A stretch of DNA of 64,000 nt from Actinomycetota bacterium (GTDB lineage: Bacteria; Actinomycetota; Acidimicrobiia; IMCC26256; PALSA-610). A model generated the notes under the pieces. The model saw only the letters and a program-made list of their open reading frames with translations, was not told the origin of the DNA and made no database searches. Where the stretch lies: positions 99,226 through 163,225 of the forward strand of contig PLBO01000070.1 of NCBI GenBank assembly GCA_003134555.1, written 5' to 3'. A program made the position numbers and the translations under genes. Shown in pieces: positions 47,345 through 56,789 of the stretch; position 1 is the first letter of the stretch; every line of letters begins with the position of its first letter.

Positions 47345-47648
47345 GTTCGACGATGACCTCGTAGTAGGGCTCGGATCCGGTGTTGACGGCGGTTTCGACG
47401 CCACCCTTGGGCACGAGCGTCACCATTCCGGGGATCACCGCGGCGTCGAAGGTCTCGCGGTAGGGACCGAGCGTGTCGGGCTCGGGCTCGACGGCGATCC
47501 GGTCGCCCTTCACCTGGATCAGCAGGTGATCGACATCGTGGCGGTGCACCGAGCTGCGCTCGCCCGGCGCCAGCTGGAGCACCCAGACCCGCACCCGGTG
47601 GTCTTCGAAGACGATCTTGGTGCCGACACCACCGAGCTCGCGGTCCAT
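47331..47648 (-). CDS. Cupin domain protein
   Basis: This is the 3' part of the over-extended track ORF 47331..48563. ATG 47648 (MDRELGGVGTKIVFEDHRVRVWVLQLAPGERSSVHRHDVDHLLIQVKG). The H.H....-type cupin motif is present. Confidence 0.6.
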   Translation of the reverse strand: MDRELGGVGTKIVFEDHRVRVWVLQLAPGERSSVHRHDVDHLLIQVKGDRIAVEPEPDTLGPYRETFDAAVIPGMVTLVPKGGVETAVNTGSEPYYEVIVELKIS

Positions 47649-47687
47649 GGGCACGAACGCTAACCGGCGTACGACGGGGCACAAGAT

Positions 47688-47701
47688 TGGAACGTGTTCT
47701 A
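47688..47701. promoter_or_regulatory. KstR-type operator box TGGAACGTGTTCTA
   Basis: Fits TnnAACnnGTTnnA. Lies in the 63-bp divergent region between the cupin (start 47648) and the Rieske oxygenase (start 47712), ending 10 nt before that ATG. Confidence 0.55.
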
Positions 47702-47711
47702 AAATCGGGGG

Positions 47712-48671
47712 ATGGCATCGCGTCGCTTCCCGTTCCCGATCCCGTTCGGTTGGTATCAGGTCGCGTTCCCGGACGATCTCGCTCCCGGCGAGGTGACCGC
47801 GGTCGAGTACTGGAACCGCGAGCTCGTGCTCTGGCGCGACACGGCGGGCGCGTTCCATCTGCAGGACGCGTTCTGCCCGCACCTCGGCGCGCACCTTGCG
47901 TACGGCGGCTCCGTCGACGGCGATCTGCTCACGTGTCCGTTCCACGGCTGGAAGTTCGACGGCGCCGGGGCGTGCACGAACATCCCTTACAGCCAGCGCA
48001 CGAACCGCAAGGCGCGCGTACGCACGTACCCGATCGTCGAGCGCAACGGCTTCGTGCTCGCGTGGTATCACCCGTTCGAGGAGCCGCCGCAGTGGGAGAT
48101 CCCCGTCATCGAGGAGATCGGCGATCCGGCGTGGAGCGACTTCTACGCGTCGTCGTACGTCATCCGCACGATCCCGCAGGAGATGTCGGAGAACGGCGCC
48201 GATCCCGCGCACTTCCAGTTCGTACACGGCACCGAGACGGTCGCGGAGCTCGAGGAGTACAACACCGACGGTCCGTGCTCGGTGATGCTGTCGAAGCAGA
48301 TGTTCGTGACGCCGCGCGGCGCGACGGAAGGTCGCATCGATGTCTACAACTACGGGCCCGGGTTCTCGAAGGTGTGGTTCAGCGGCATCGTCGACGCGAT
48401 CAACATCGCGACCACCACGCCCATCGACGAGGAGACGACGCAAGTTCGGTTCAACTTCATCGTTCGCAAGCTCGACGACGAGAAGCTGACGTCGACCGTC
48501 GCGGACGCCTTCGTCAAGGAGATCAACAAGCAGGTCCAAGAGGACCGGCCGATCTGGGAGCACAAGTCGTTCCTCCCGTCACCCGCGCTCGCCGACACCG
48601 ACGGTCCGATCCTCAAGTTCCGTAAGTGGTATAGCCAGTTCTACGCCGAGCCCTACGAGGTCAAGCTCTGA
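47712..48671 (+). CDS. Rieske [2Fe-2S] non-heme iron oxygenase, KshA-like
   Basis: 319 aa. Rieske motif CPHLGAHL-x16-CPFHGW, and mononuclear iron motif NGADPAHFQFVHG (Dx2Hx4H). Confidence 0.85.
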   Translation: MASRRFPFPIPFGWYQVAFPDDLAPGEVTAVEYWNRELVLWRDTAGAFHLQDAFCPHLGAHLAYGGSVDGDLLTCPFHGWKFDGAGACTNIPYSQRTNRKARVRTYPIVERNGFVLAWYHPFEEPPQWEIPVIEEIGDPAWSDFYASSYVIRTIPQEMSENGADPAHFQFVHGTETVAELEEYNTDGPCSVMLSKQMFVTPRGATEGRIDVYNYGPGFSKVWFSGIVDAINIATTTPIDEETTQVRFNFIVRKLDDEKLTSTVADAFVKEINKQVQEDRPIWEHKSFLPSPALADTDGPILKFRKWYSQFYAEPYEVKL

Positions 48672-48740
48672 CGCGAGTTGTGACCTCGGACGAGCCGGCA
48701 CGAGCCACGCCGGGAGAGGCCGGCGGCGGGGGCCCGCGAG

Positions 48741-48779
48741 CACTGCCTATGACCTAGGTCACGTGCGCACTAGGCAGTG
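48741..48779. other. Nested inverted repeat / possible operator or RNA hairpin
   Basis: CACTGCCTA (48741-48749) pairs with TAGGCAGTG (48771-48779). Between them lies the perfect 12-bp palindrome TGACCTAGGTCA (48750-48761). The region is locally AT-richer than its surroundings. Confidence 0.4.
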
Positions 48780-48890
48780 AAGAACCCGGGGAATGGCAAC
48801 CCGGCCAAGGGCAGGGGCGGTAAGGCCGGCGGCTGACCATCCGACCGACTCCGACCCGCGCCTGCCGGCGAGCCGGATCGGGTAGACCTC

Positions 48891-51275
48891 TTGTCCATGC
48901 GTCGGATCGAGACGTCTCCGTTGTCCGATGCCGAGCTGTCCCGCCTCGACGCGTATTGGCGCGCGGCGAACTACCTCACCGTGGGCCAGATCTACCTGCT
49001 CGCGAACGCCTTACTGAAGCGGCCGCTGACGTTGTCCGACGTGAAACCGCGGTTGTTGGGCCATTGGGGGACCAGCCCGGGATTGAATCTGGTCTACGCG
49101 CATCTCAACCGGTTGATCGCGCGCGACGACCTCGACATGATCTACGTGATCGGTCCCGGCCATGGCGGTCCCGCGATCCTCGCGAACACGTGGCTCGAAG
49201 GCAGCTACACCGACACGTATCCCGCGATCACGCGCGACGGCGAGGGGATGGAGCGACTCTTCCGCCAGTTCTCGTTTCCGGGAGGCGTTCCGAGCCATGT
49301 CGCGCCGGAGACGCCGGGCTCCATTCACGAAGGCGGCGAGCTGGGGTACTCGCTCGGGCACGCGTTCGGCGCGGCGTTCGACAACCCCGACTTGATCGTC
49401 GCATGCGTAGTGGGCGACGGAGAGGCGGAGACGGGACCACTTGCGACGAGCTGGCACTCGAACAAGTTCCTCGATCCTGTCGGCGACGGCGCGGTGCTTC
49501 CGATCCTTCACCTCAACGGCTACAAGATCGCGAACCCCACCGTGCTGGCGCGTATCTCCGAAGCGGAGCTCACCGACCTCCTGGTCGGCTGCGGTTGGGA
49601 GCCCTTCCTCGTTTCCGGTGACGAACCCGCGCTCGTGCACCAGGAGTTGGCGGCGACGCTCGACCACGTGCTGAACCTCATCCGCGCCTTCCAAGACCGC
49701 GCCCGTTCCGGGGGCGATCGCACGCGCCCGCGCTGGCCGATGATCGTGCTGCGAACCCCCAAAGGCTGGACGGGTCCGAAGGAGGTCGACGGCTTGCCCG
49801 TCGAAGGGACCTGGCGCGCGCACCAGGTCCCGCTCGACAAGGTGCGGGAGAAGCCCGAGCATCTGGCGCAACTCGAAGCGTGGATGCGCACGTACCGCAG
49901 CGACGAGCTGTTCGACGACCACGGCCGACCGTTGCCGGCCGTCGTCGACTGGTTGCCGGCGCGGGACAGACGCATGGGCGCGAATCCGCATGCCAACGGC
50001 GGTCTGCTCACGCGGGATCTGCGCCTCCCCGACATGCGCGACTACGCGGTCGCGGTCGACGCGCCCGGAGCGCAGAACGCGGAGTCGACGCGCGTGCTCG
50101 GCGCCTACTTGCGCGACGTCTTCCGGCTGAACGCCGACACGCGCGATTTCCGCATGTTCGGACCCGACGAGACGGCTTCGAACCGGCTCGACACCGTGTA
50201 CGAGGCGACGGGAAAGACCTGGGAGGCCGACGTGCTCCCGGTCGACGTCGCCCTCGCGCCGGACGGACGCGTGATGGAGATCCTCAGCGAGACCACCTGC
50301 CAGGGCTGGCTCGAGGGTTACCTCCTGACCGGTCGCCACGGTCTGTTCTCGTGCTACGAGGCGTTCGCCCACATCATCGACTCGATGTTCAACCAGCATG
50401 CGAAGTGGCTGAAGGTCGCGCGCACATTGTCGTGGCGCCGGCCGATCCCGTCGTTGAACTACCTATTGACCTCGCACGTGTGGCGTCAGGACCACAACGG
50501 ATTCACGCATCAAGATCCGGGTTTCATCGACCTCGTCGTCAACAAGAAGGCCGAGGTCGTGCGGGTGTATCTACCGCCCGACGCGAACACGCTGCTCTCC
50601 ACCGTCGATCACTGCCTACGCACTCGCAACTACGTGAACGTCATCGTGGCCGGCAAGCAGCCCGAACCGAGTTGGCTGTCGATGGATGATGCCGAGCTGC
50701 ACTGCACGCGTGGGATCGGTATCTGGGACTGGGCCTCCAACGACGACGGCGGCGAGCCCGATGTGGTCATGGCCTGCGCGGGCGACGTTCCGACCCTCGA
50801 GACGCTTGCGGCGGTGAGCCTGCTCCGGGACCATGTTCCCGATCTCAGGGTGCGGGTCGTCAACGTGGTCGACCTGATGCGTCTGCAGCCCGACACGGAG
50901 CATCCGCACGGTCTGACCGACCGCGACTACGACGCGTTGTTCACCGTCGACAAGCCAGTGATCTTTGCGTATCACGGCTATCCGACACTGATCCATCGCC
51001 TCGCCTACAGACGCGCCGGCGCGGCCAACCTCCATGTGCGCGGTTACAAGGAGGAGGGCACGGTCACCACGCCGTTCGACATGCTCGTCCGCAACGACAT
51101 GGACCGTTTCCATCTGGTGATGGACGTGATCGATCGCGTCCCCGAGCTCGGTACGCGTGCTGCGCACGTTCGCCAACACATGGTCGACGAGCGCACGCGT
51201 CATCAGCACTACACGCGCGCCTTCGGTGAGGATCTCCCCGAGGTGCAGAACTGGAAGTGGACCGACCACCAGTGA
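48891..51275 (+). CDS. xfp: Phosphoketolase (xylulose-5-P/fructose-6-P)
   Basis: 794 aa. Motifs [33 protein letters not shown], and a TPP-binding region. The start is TTG 48891 or ATG 48897. Confidence 0.95.
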   Translation: MSMRRIETSPLSDAELSRLDAYWRAANYLTVGQIYLLANALLKRPLTLSDVKPRLLGHWGTSPGLNLVYAHLNRLIARDDLDMIYVIGPGHGGPAILANTWLEGSYTDTYPAITRDGEGMERLFRQFSFPGGVPSHVAPETPGSIHEGGELGYSLGHAFGAAFDNPDLIVACVVGDGEAETGPLATSWHSNKFLDPVGDGAVLPILHLNGYKIANPTVLARISEAELTDLLVGCGWEPFLVSGDEPALVHQELAATLDHVLNLIRAFQDRARSGGDRTRPRWPMIVLRTPKGWTGPKEVDGLPVEGTWRAHQVPLDKVREKPEHLAQLEAWMRTYRSDELFDDHGRPLPAVVDWLPARDRRMGANPHANGGLLTRDLRLPDMRDYAVAVDAPGAQNAESTRVLGAYLRDVFRLNADTRDFRMFGPDETASNRLDTVYEATGKTWEADVLPVDVALAPDGRVMEILSETTCQGWLEGYLLTGRHGLFSCYEAFAHIIDSMFNQHAKWLKVARTLSWRRPIPSLNYLLTSHVWRQDHNGFTHQDPGFIDLVVNKKAEVVRVYLPPDANTLLSTVDHCLRTRNYVNVIVAGKQPEPSWLSMDDAELHCTRGIGIWDWASNDDGGEPDVVMACAGDVPTLETLAAVSLLRDHVPDLRVRVVNVVDLMRLQPDTEHPHGLTDRDYDALFTVDKPVIFAYHGYPTLIHRLAYRRAGAANLHVRGYKEEGTVTTPFDMLVRNDMDRFHLVMDVIDRVPELGTRAAHVRQHMVDERTRHQHYTRAFGEDLPEVQNWKWTDHQ

Positions 51276-52336
51276 GGTTGCTCGTCGTCAATGCCGGTTC
51301 GAGCTCGCTCAAGCTGTCGGCGCTCGACGACGCCGACACAGTCATCGCCGAGAACAACGTTGCGAGCTGGGACGGAGACGATCGTCCCATCGCGGATTTC
51401 GCGCGCGAGGTCGGCACGGTCGACGTCGTCGGTCACCGTGTCGTGCACGGTGGCCCCACACTCACGCAGCCCCGCGTCGTCGACGATCAGGTTGTCGAAC
51501 AGATGCGCGAGCTCACCGCGCTCGCGCCGTTGCATCAGCCGCGTGCGATCGCGGCCGTCGACGCGGCGCGACACGCTCTCCCCGCCGCGATCCATGTCGC
51601 GTGTTTCGACACCGCGTTCCACACGACGTTGCCGCCGGCCGCGTACGTCTACGCGCTCCCGGCAGCCTGGCGCGAGCGGTGGCCAGTGCGCCGCTTCGGG
51701 TTTCACGGCCTCTCGCATTCCTATGCGGCGCGTCGAGCCGCGGAGCTCGCGGATCGACCCGTCGACGGTCTTCAGCTCGTGTCGTGCCATCTCGGCGCCG
51801 GTGCGTCACTCTGTGCGGTGCGTGGAGGGCGCTCGGTCGACACGACGATGGGTTTCACGCCGCTCGAGGGTCTCGTGATGGCGACGCGGGCCGGCTCGAT
51901 CGACCCCGGCCTCATCCTCTGGCTGATCCAATCGGGCGGGCTCACCGCGCAAGAGGTGCTCGACGGTCTCGAACGCGGCAGCGGTCTGGCCGGCCTGTCG
52001 GGCACGCCCGACATGCGCGAAGTCATCGATCGGAGAGCTCGCGGCGACGCGGGCGCCGCACTCGCGTTCGACGTGTACACCCATCGGCTGCGCCGTGAGA
52101 TCGGAGCGATGACTGCCGCGCTCGACAGGCTCGACGCGTGCGTGTTCACCGCAGGAGTGGGGGAGCATGCAATCGCGGTGCGCGCCGCTTGCGGTCTGCC
52201 TCTCGATCCCGTCGCAAACGCCGAGACCATCGGAGACGGCGAGATCAGCGCGCCGGGCGCTCGCGTCCGGGCGTTCGTGGTGACCGCGCGGGAGGACCTC
52301 GAGATCGCGCGCGAGGTTCGCAGCCTCCTGCGGTGA
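51272..52336 (+). CDS. ackA: Acetate kinase
   Basis: GTG 51272 overlaps the xfp TGA (GTGA). Motifs [32 protein letters not shown]. Confidence 0.9.
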   Translation: MRLLVVNAGSSSLKLSALDDADTVIAENNVASWDGDDRPIADFAREVGTVDVVGHRVVHGGPTLTQPRVVDDQVVEQMRELTALAPLHQPRAIAAVDAARHALPAAIHVACFDTAFHTTLPPAAYVYALPAAWRERWPVRRFGFHGLSHSYAARRAAELADRPVDGLQLVSCHLGAGASLCAVRGGRSVDTTMGFTPLEGLVMATRAGSIDPGLILWLIQSGGLTAQEVLDGLERGSGLAGLSGTPDMREVIDRRARGDAGAALAFDVYTHRLRREIGAMTAALDRLDACVFTAGVGEHAIAVRAACGLPLDPVANAETIGDGEISAPGARVRAFVVTAREDLEIAREVRSLLR

Positions 52337-52387
52337 ACGCAGGCCGCAAACGTGGCGTCGCGGGCGACGGTCGGGCATGATGCCGCG

Positions 52388-53095
52388 ATGAGCGATCCTG
52401 CGGCGACGATCATGCTGGTGCACGGGGCCTGGCACGGCAGTTGGTGTTGGGAGCCGGTCCGGGAACGCCTCCACGACCTCGGCATCGCGACGGTCGCCGT
52501 CGAAAACCCGTCGGTGACGACGCCCGGTTCCGATCTCCACGCCGACGGCGACAATCTCCGCGCGGCCCTCGACGCGACTCCCGGTCCGGTCGTGCTCGTG
52601 GGCCACTCCTACGGCGGCGCGGTGATCACCGATGCCGGCGCGCATCCGAACGTCGCGCGTCTCGTCTATCTCACCGCGTTCGCGCTCGACGCGGGCGAGA
52701 GCCTCATGCAGAACGACCTCGCCGGTGGCGAGGACATGAAGCTCGCCGACGCGATCCTGTTCGACGGCGACGTCGCGAGCGTCGAGCCGTCCCGCATCGT
52801 CGAATTCTTCTACCACGATTGCGCGCCCGACGTCGCGGCGGCGGCCACGGCGCGCCTGCGTCCGATGTCGGTCGCGGCTATGGGTGGCGTCCCGCGCGCG
52901 GTGGCGTGGCGCGACGTGCCGTCGACGTACGTCGTCTGCACCGACGACCGGGCGATTCCAGTCGCGTTGCAACGCTCGTGCGCGGCGCGCCTGGGCGAAG
53001 TCGTCGAGCTGCCGACCAGTCATTCGCCGTTCTTGAGCCGCCCCGACGATCTCGCGCGCTTGCTTGCCGGGCTCGCGACGGCTGAGGCCCGTTAG
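52388..53095 (+). CDS. Alpha/beta hydrolase (esterase, AB_hydrolase_6-like)
   Basis: Start ATG 52388 (MSDPAATIMLVHGAWHGSWCW). Nucleophile elbow GHSYGG. Confidence 0.75.
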   Translation: MSDPAATIMLVHGAWHGSWCWEPVRERLHDLGIATVAVENPSVTTPGSDLHADGDNLRAALDATPGPVVLVGHSYGGAVITDAGAHPNVARLVYLTAFALDAGESLMQNDLAGGEDMKLADAILFDGDVASVEPSRIVEFFYHDCAPDVAAAATARLRPMSVAAMGGVPRAVAWRDVPSTYVVCTDDRAIPVALQRSCAARLGEVVELPTSHSPFLSRPDDLARLLAGLATAEAR

Positions 53096-53808
53096 GCCGC
53101 TCGGACCAGCGTCGCCAGCTCCGCTAGCGACGATACGCGGGCGTAGTCGGCGTCGAGATGGAACTGGTAGGGGTCCATCACGACGGGGTGCAATCCGGCG
53201 GCGCGCGCGCCGACGACGTCGATGCCCGGCATGTCTCCGACGTACCACGCATCGGCCGGCGTGATCGCCATCGCGTCGAGCGCGAGGTGAAAGATCCGTG
53301 GGTCGGGCTTCATCACGCCGACGGCGCCGGAGTCGATCACGCACTCGACCGCGACGCCGATCCCGGGGCCGACCTGCAATATCTCGGCCTCGGCCAGGCG
53401 CTGACCGATCAAGCCGTCGGCATTGGAGATGATGCCGAGCCGGATGTCGGTCTCGGCCAGGGCGCGTAGGCCGTCGCGCGCGCCCGGCAGCTCGTGCAAC
53501 CAGAGAGCCGCGTCGGCGAACTCGCTGTCGAGGTGCTCGTGCACCTCCTCGCGCCGTTCGTCGGGGATTCCACATTCGGTCATGTACGCGTCGAGATATG
53601 CGCGCCACTGCTTGGGCCAGTCGAGCCCCTCGTTGTCGGCGGGGAAGGCCCTGGCTCCGGCATAGTGCGCGCGATCGAGAATCTCCACCGACGGCGCGAG
53701 ACCCGCACGCGCGAACGCACCCAGGATGCGGTCGTGCGAGGGTCCGAAGAAGATTCCGCCGACATCGAGGAGCACGGCTTTCGGCGGGCTGGGGAACGGT
53801 CTCGACAC
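53092..53808 (-). CDS. HAD superfamily hydrolase, DxGG variant (subfamily IA variant 3-like)
   Basis: 238 aa. Motif I LLDVGGI (second Asp replaced by Gly), motif II ISNA, and motif IV-like YVGDMPGID. Confidence 0.8.
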   Translation of the reverse strand: MSRPFPSPPKAVLLDVGGIFFGPSHDRILGAFARAGLAPSVEILDRAHYAGARAFPADNEGLDWPKQWRAYLDAYMTECGIPDERREEVHEHLDSEFADAALWLHELPGARDGLRALAETDIRLGIISNADGLIGQRLAEAEILQVGPGIGVAVECVIDSGAVGVMKPDPRIFHLALDAMAITPADAWYVGDMPGIDVVGARAAGLHPVVMDPYQFHLDADYARVSSLAELATLVRAA

Positions 53809-53896
53809 GGCGCCAAGCTACTTGCGGCGCAGCATCGGACGCGGCCGCTGCGTCAAACATCTCGGGCGTCACGGCCTGCGTCGGTATCATTCTCCC

Positions 53897-55072
53897 GTGG
53901 AGTTCCGACGCATCAACGCCCTCCCGCCGTATGCCTTCGCACAGATCGATGCGCTCAAGATGCAGCTCCGGCGAGCAGGCGAAGATGTCGTCGACCTCGC
54001 ATTCGGCAACCCCGATCTTCCGTCACCGGACATCGCGGTCGACAAGCTGATCGAGGCGGTCCGCAATCCGCGCAACCACCGGTACTCGACGAGCAAGGGC
54101 ATCCCCAAGCTGCGCGAAGCGGTTGCCTCGTTGTACGAGCGGAAGTTTGGCGTGACTCTCGACTTCGAGACCGAGGTCTGCTCGACAATCGGCGCGAAGG
54201 AGGGCTTCTCGCACCTCATGCTCGCGCTGGTGGGTCCGGGCGACACCGCGCTGGTGCCGTCACCGTCGTACCCGATCCACATCTGGGGCCCGATCCTCGC
54301 GGGCGCGGGCGTGCACTACGTGCGTATGGGTCCGGGTGAAAACCTGTTCGAGAACATGCGCGGCGCGTACGAGCAGGCGTGGCCCCGACCTCGTGTGATC
54401 GTCACCTCCTTCCCACACAACCCCACGACCGCGTGCGTCGACCTCGAGTTCATGACTCAGCTCGTGCAGTTCGCCCGCGAGCGCGGGATCGTCGTCGTGC
54501 ACGACTTCGCATACGCCGATCTCGGCTTCGACGGTTACGAGCCGCCGTCGATCCTGCAGGTCCCGGGCGCGAAGGATGTCGCGGTCGAGCTCTACACGCT
54601 GACCAAGTCGTTCTCGATGGCCGGCTGGCGGATGGGGTTCCTCGTCGGCAACGCCGAGATCGTCGCCGCGCTCGCGAAGCTCAAGTCGTACCTCGACTAT
54701 GGATCGTTCCAGCCCATTCAGATCGCCGCGACGGTCGCGATGAACGAGGCGCCCGATTACCCGAAGGAGGTCAACGCGATCTACCGCGGACGGCGCGACG
54801 CGTTGATCGACGGGCTCGACCGGCTCGGCTGGCACATCGACAAACCGAAGGGGACGATGTTCGTCTGGGCGCCGATCCCGGAGCCCTACGCGGACATGAC
54901 GAGCATCGAGTTCACGACGATGTGTGTGCAGGAGGGCAAGGTCGCGCTGTCGCCGGGCTCGGGCTTCGGCCCGGGCGGCGAGGGCTACGTGCGGTTCGCG
55001 CTGGTCGAGAACGAGAAGCGCATCCAGCAGGCGATGCGCCAGATCCGCAAGGGCCTCACGAAGCTCGGTTGA
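53897..55072 (+). CDS. Class I/II pyridoxal-phosphate aminotransferase (AlaT/AspC-like)
   Basis: GTG 53897 ([14 protein letters not shown]). Motifs ...[15 protein letters not shown], and [14 protein letters not shown] (PLP lysine). Confidence 0.9.
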   Translation: MEFRRINALPPYAFAQIDALKMQLRRAGEDVVDLAFGNPDLPSPDIAVDKLIEAVRNPRNHRYSTSKGIPKLREAVASLYERKFGVTLDFETEVCSTIGAKEGFSHLMLALVGPGDTALVPSPSYPIHIWGPILAGAGVHYVRMGPGENLFENMRGAYEQAWPRPRVIVTSFPHNPTTACVDLEFMTQLVQFARERGIVVVHDFAYADLGFDGYEPPSILQVPGAKDVAVELYTLTKSFSMAGWRMGFLVGNAEIVAALAKLKSYLDYGSFQPIQIAATVAMNEAPDYPKEVNAIYRGRRDALIDGLDRLGWHIDKPKGTMFVWAPIPEPYADMTSIEFTTMCVQEGKVALSPGSGFGPGGEGYVRFALVENEKRIQQAMRQIRKGLTKLG

Positions 55073-55076
55073 CCGG

Positions 55077-55706
55077 TCAGCCGCAGAGGCCTTCGAGGCA
55101 GAACGCGACGCACAGATCGGCGACCTCGTCGACGGACAGACTGCTGTCGACGAGCGCGTGGCTCGTCAGCTCGGCCACGACGCCGTGAATGGCGTGCGCG
55201 AGCAGCGTGGGGTCGCGATCGGCGATCCGTCCGTCGACGATGCCGTCCTTGAGGTGGCGGATCGTGTCGGCGATCGAGATCTCGCGATTCCGGGCGAGCA
55301 CGGGCGCGAACGTCTCGTCGGTCGCCGCGAACTGGATGATCGCGAAGTACTCCCGATGCTCGGCGAACCACGAGAGCGACGCCCGGATGCCGAGCTCGAT
55401 GCGGCGCACCGGATCGGCTTCGTCGCCCAGCGCGTGCTGCTGGCGTTTGCGTAGGTCGTGGTTCGACGCCTTGAGCAACTCCGTCAAGAGCTCTTCCTTC
55501 GAGGCGAAGTACCAGTAGAAGACGCCCTTTCCGACGCCGAGCGTGGCCACGATGTCGGCCACCGAGGTGGGGTGGTAGCCCCGCTCCGCGAACAGGCGGG
55601 CGCCGCACTCCATCAATTGGTCGCGCCGTTCACGACCCCTCGGAGTGAGCTTGCGCCGCATCCGAGCGAGCGTAGCGCCGCGCTTGACCGCTCGGTCAAT
55701 GTTCAC
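55077..55706 (-). CDS. TetR family transcriptional regulator
   Basis: 209 aa. HTH region LFAERGYHPTSVADIVATLGVGKGVFYWYFASKEELL. The start is uncertain (GTG 55706 or ATG 55661). Confidence 0.85.
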   Translation of the reverse strand: MNIDRAVKRGATLARMRRKLTPRGRERRDQLMECGARLFAERGYHPTSVADIVATLGVGKGVFYWYFASKEELLTELLKASNHDLRKRQQHALGDEADPVRRIELGIRASLSWFAEHREYFAIIQFAATDETFAPVLARNREISIADTIRHLKDGIVDGRIADRDPTLLAHAIHGVVAELTSHALVDSSLSVDEVADLCVAFCLEGLCG

Positions 55707-55834
55707 GCGCTCGACGGCCGCAGGCGCTCCGAGAGTGTCATCAGCCCGTCAACTGCTGTTCGCGTGCCCGTGACACCCCGGGAACCGCCCGGCCATGTCG
55801 CCCGCGCACACTGGTCGGGTCGAAGGAGGACTCG

Positions 55835-56026
55835 ATGCGCCGCCTACTTCTCAGCCTCATGCCCGTGAACCTGATGCACCAGCTCGGATCCGGCCGGGCG
55901 CTCGAGAACGCCTGCAGCGAGCGCGACGAGGTCGCACGAACGATGGCGATCGTCGACGCGCTGGCCGGACGACTCCTGCCGACGGCTCTGGTCGCCGAGC
56001 TCGTCGAGGAGCGCGCGGCCGCCTGA
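55835..56026 (+). CDS. Hypothetical 63-aa protein
   Basis: ATG 55835 is preceded by GAAGGAGG at 6-nt spacing. The frame is GC3-biased. Sequence MRRLLLSLMPVNLMHQLGSGRALENACSERDEVARTMAIVDALAGRLLPTALVAELVEERAAA. I recognise no family. Confidence 0.45.
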   Translation: MRRLLLSLMPVNLMHQLGSGRALENACSERDEVARTMAIVDALAGRLLPTALVAELVEERAAA

Positions 56027-56068
56027 TCCTCGACCATGGGAGCGGTTTGCGGCGTACGCTGACGGTTC

Positions 56069-56788
56069 TTGTACTGGATCGTCAAGGCCCTCGTCACCCC
56101 CTTCGTCCGCGTCTTCGTGCGCGTGCGCGTCGAGGGTCGCGAGCACATCCCGCGCCGCGGTCCCGTGATCCTGGCGTCGAACCATCGTTCGTTCCTCGAT
56201 TCGATCTTCATACCGCTGGTCGTGCGCCGGCGGGTGACGTTCGTGGCGAAGGCGGAGTACTTCGACGACGCGAAGACCGCGTGGTTCTTCCGGAGTTGCG
56301 GGCAGATCCCGATCCGGCGCGAAGGTGGCAGCGCGAGCGAACGCGCCCTCTCCTCCGCGACCGAGGTGTTGCGCGCGGGCAAGGTGTTCGGGATCTACCC
56401 CGAGGGCACGCGCACCCGCGACGGGTTGCTGCACCGCGGCCACACGGGCGTGGCCCGGCTCGCGCTGCGGTGCAACGTTCCGATCGTGCCGATCGGTCTC
56501 ATCGGCACCGACGACGTGCAACCGATCAATTCGAAGATGCCGAAGCTGTTCCGCGTGGTGAGGATCCGGTTCGGGGAGCCGGTGGATCCCGCCCGTTACG
56601 CCGGCCGCGAGCACGACCACATGGCGCTGCGGGAGCTCACCGACGAGGTCATGTACGAGATCTGCCAGCTTTCCGGCTACGAGTACGTCGACACGTACGC
56701 CACCAAGCACGCCGAAGACATTCCCACCGACACCGCGCGCGTCGCCAGTTTCGCCGAGGCCCGCAGTCCGATATCCGCGGCGTCGTAA
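56069..56788 (+). CDS. plsC: 1-acyl-sn-glycerol-3-phosphate acyltransferase
   Basis: 239 aa, TTG start. Motifs NHRSFLD (Hx4D), FVAKAEYF, IYPEGTR, VPIVP. Confidence 0.85.
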   Translation: MYWIVKALVTPFVRVFVRVRVEGREHIPRRGPVILASNHRSFLDSIFIPLVVRRRVTFVAKAEYFDDAKTAWFFRSCGQIPIRREGGSASERALSSATEVLRAGKVFGIYPEGTRTRDGLLHRGHTGVARLALRCNVPIVPIGLIGTDDVQPINSKMPKLFRVVRIRFGEPVDPARYAGREHDHMALRELTDEVMYEICQLSGYEYVDTYATKHAEDIPTDTARVASFAEARSPISAAS

Positions 56789-56789
56789 C

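Noticed and set aside
48750-48761. TGACCTAGGTCA resembles back-to-back nuclear-receptor AGGTCA half-sites.
   Set aside because: This is a eukaryotic motif with no meaning in a bacterial genome. I keep it only as a generic palindrome (see the finding for 48672-48890).
55077-55706. Second TetR regulator considered as KstR2.
   Set aside because: The similarity I can see (FAERG, ASKEEL) is generic to TetR HTH regions. I found no AnCAAGnnCTTGnT-type box in its promoter, and its neighbours are housekeeping genes (aminotransferase, plsC).
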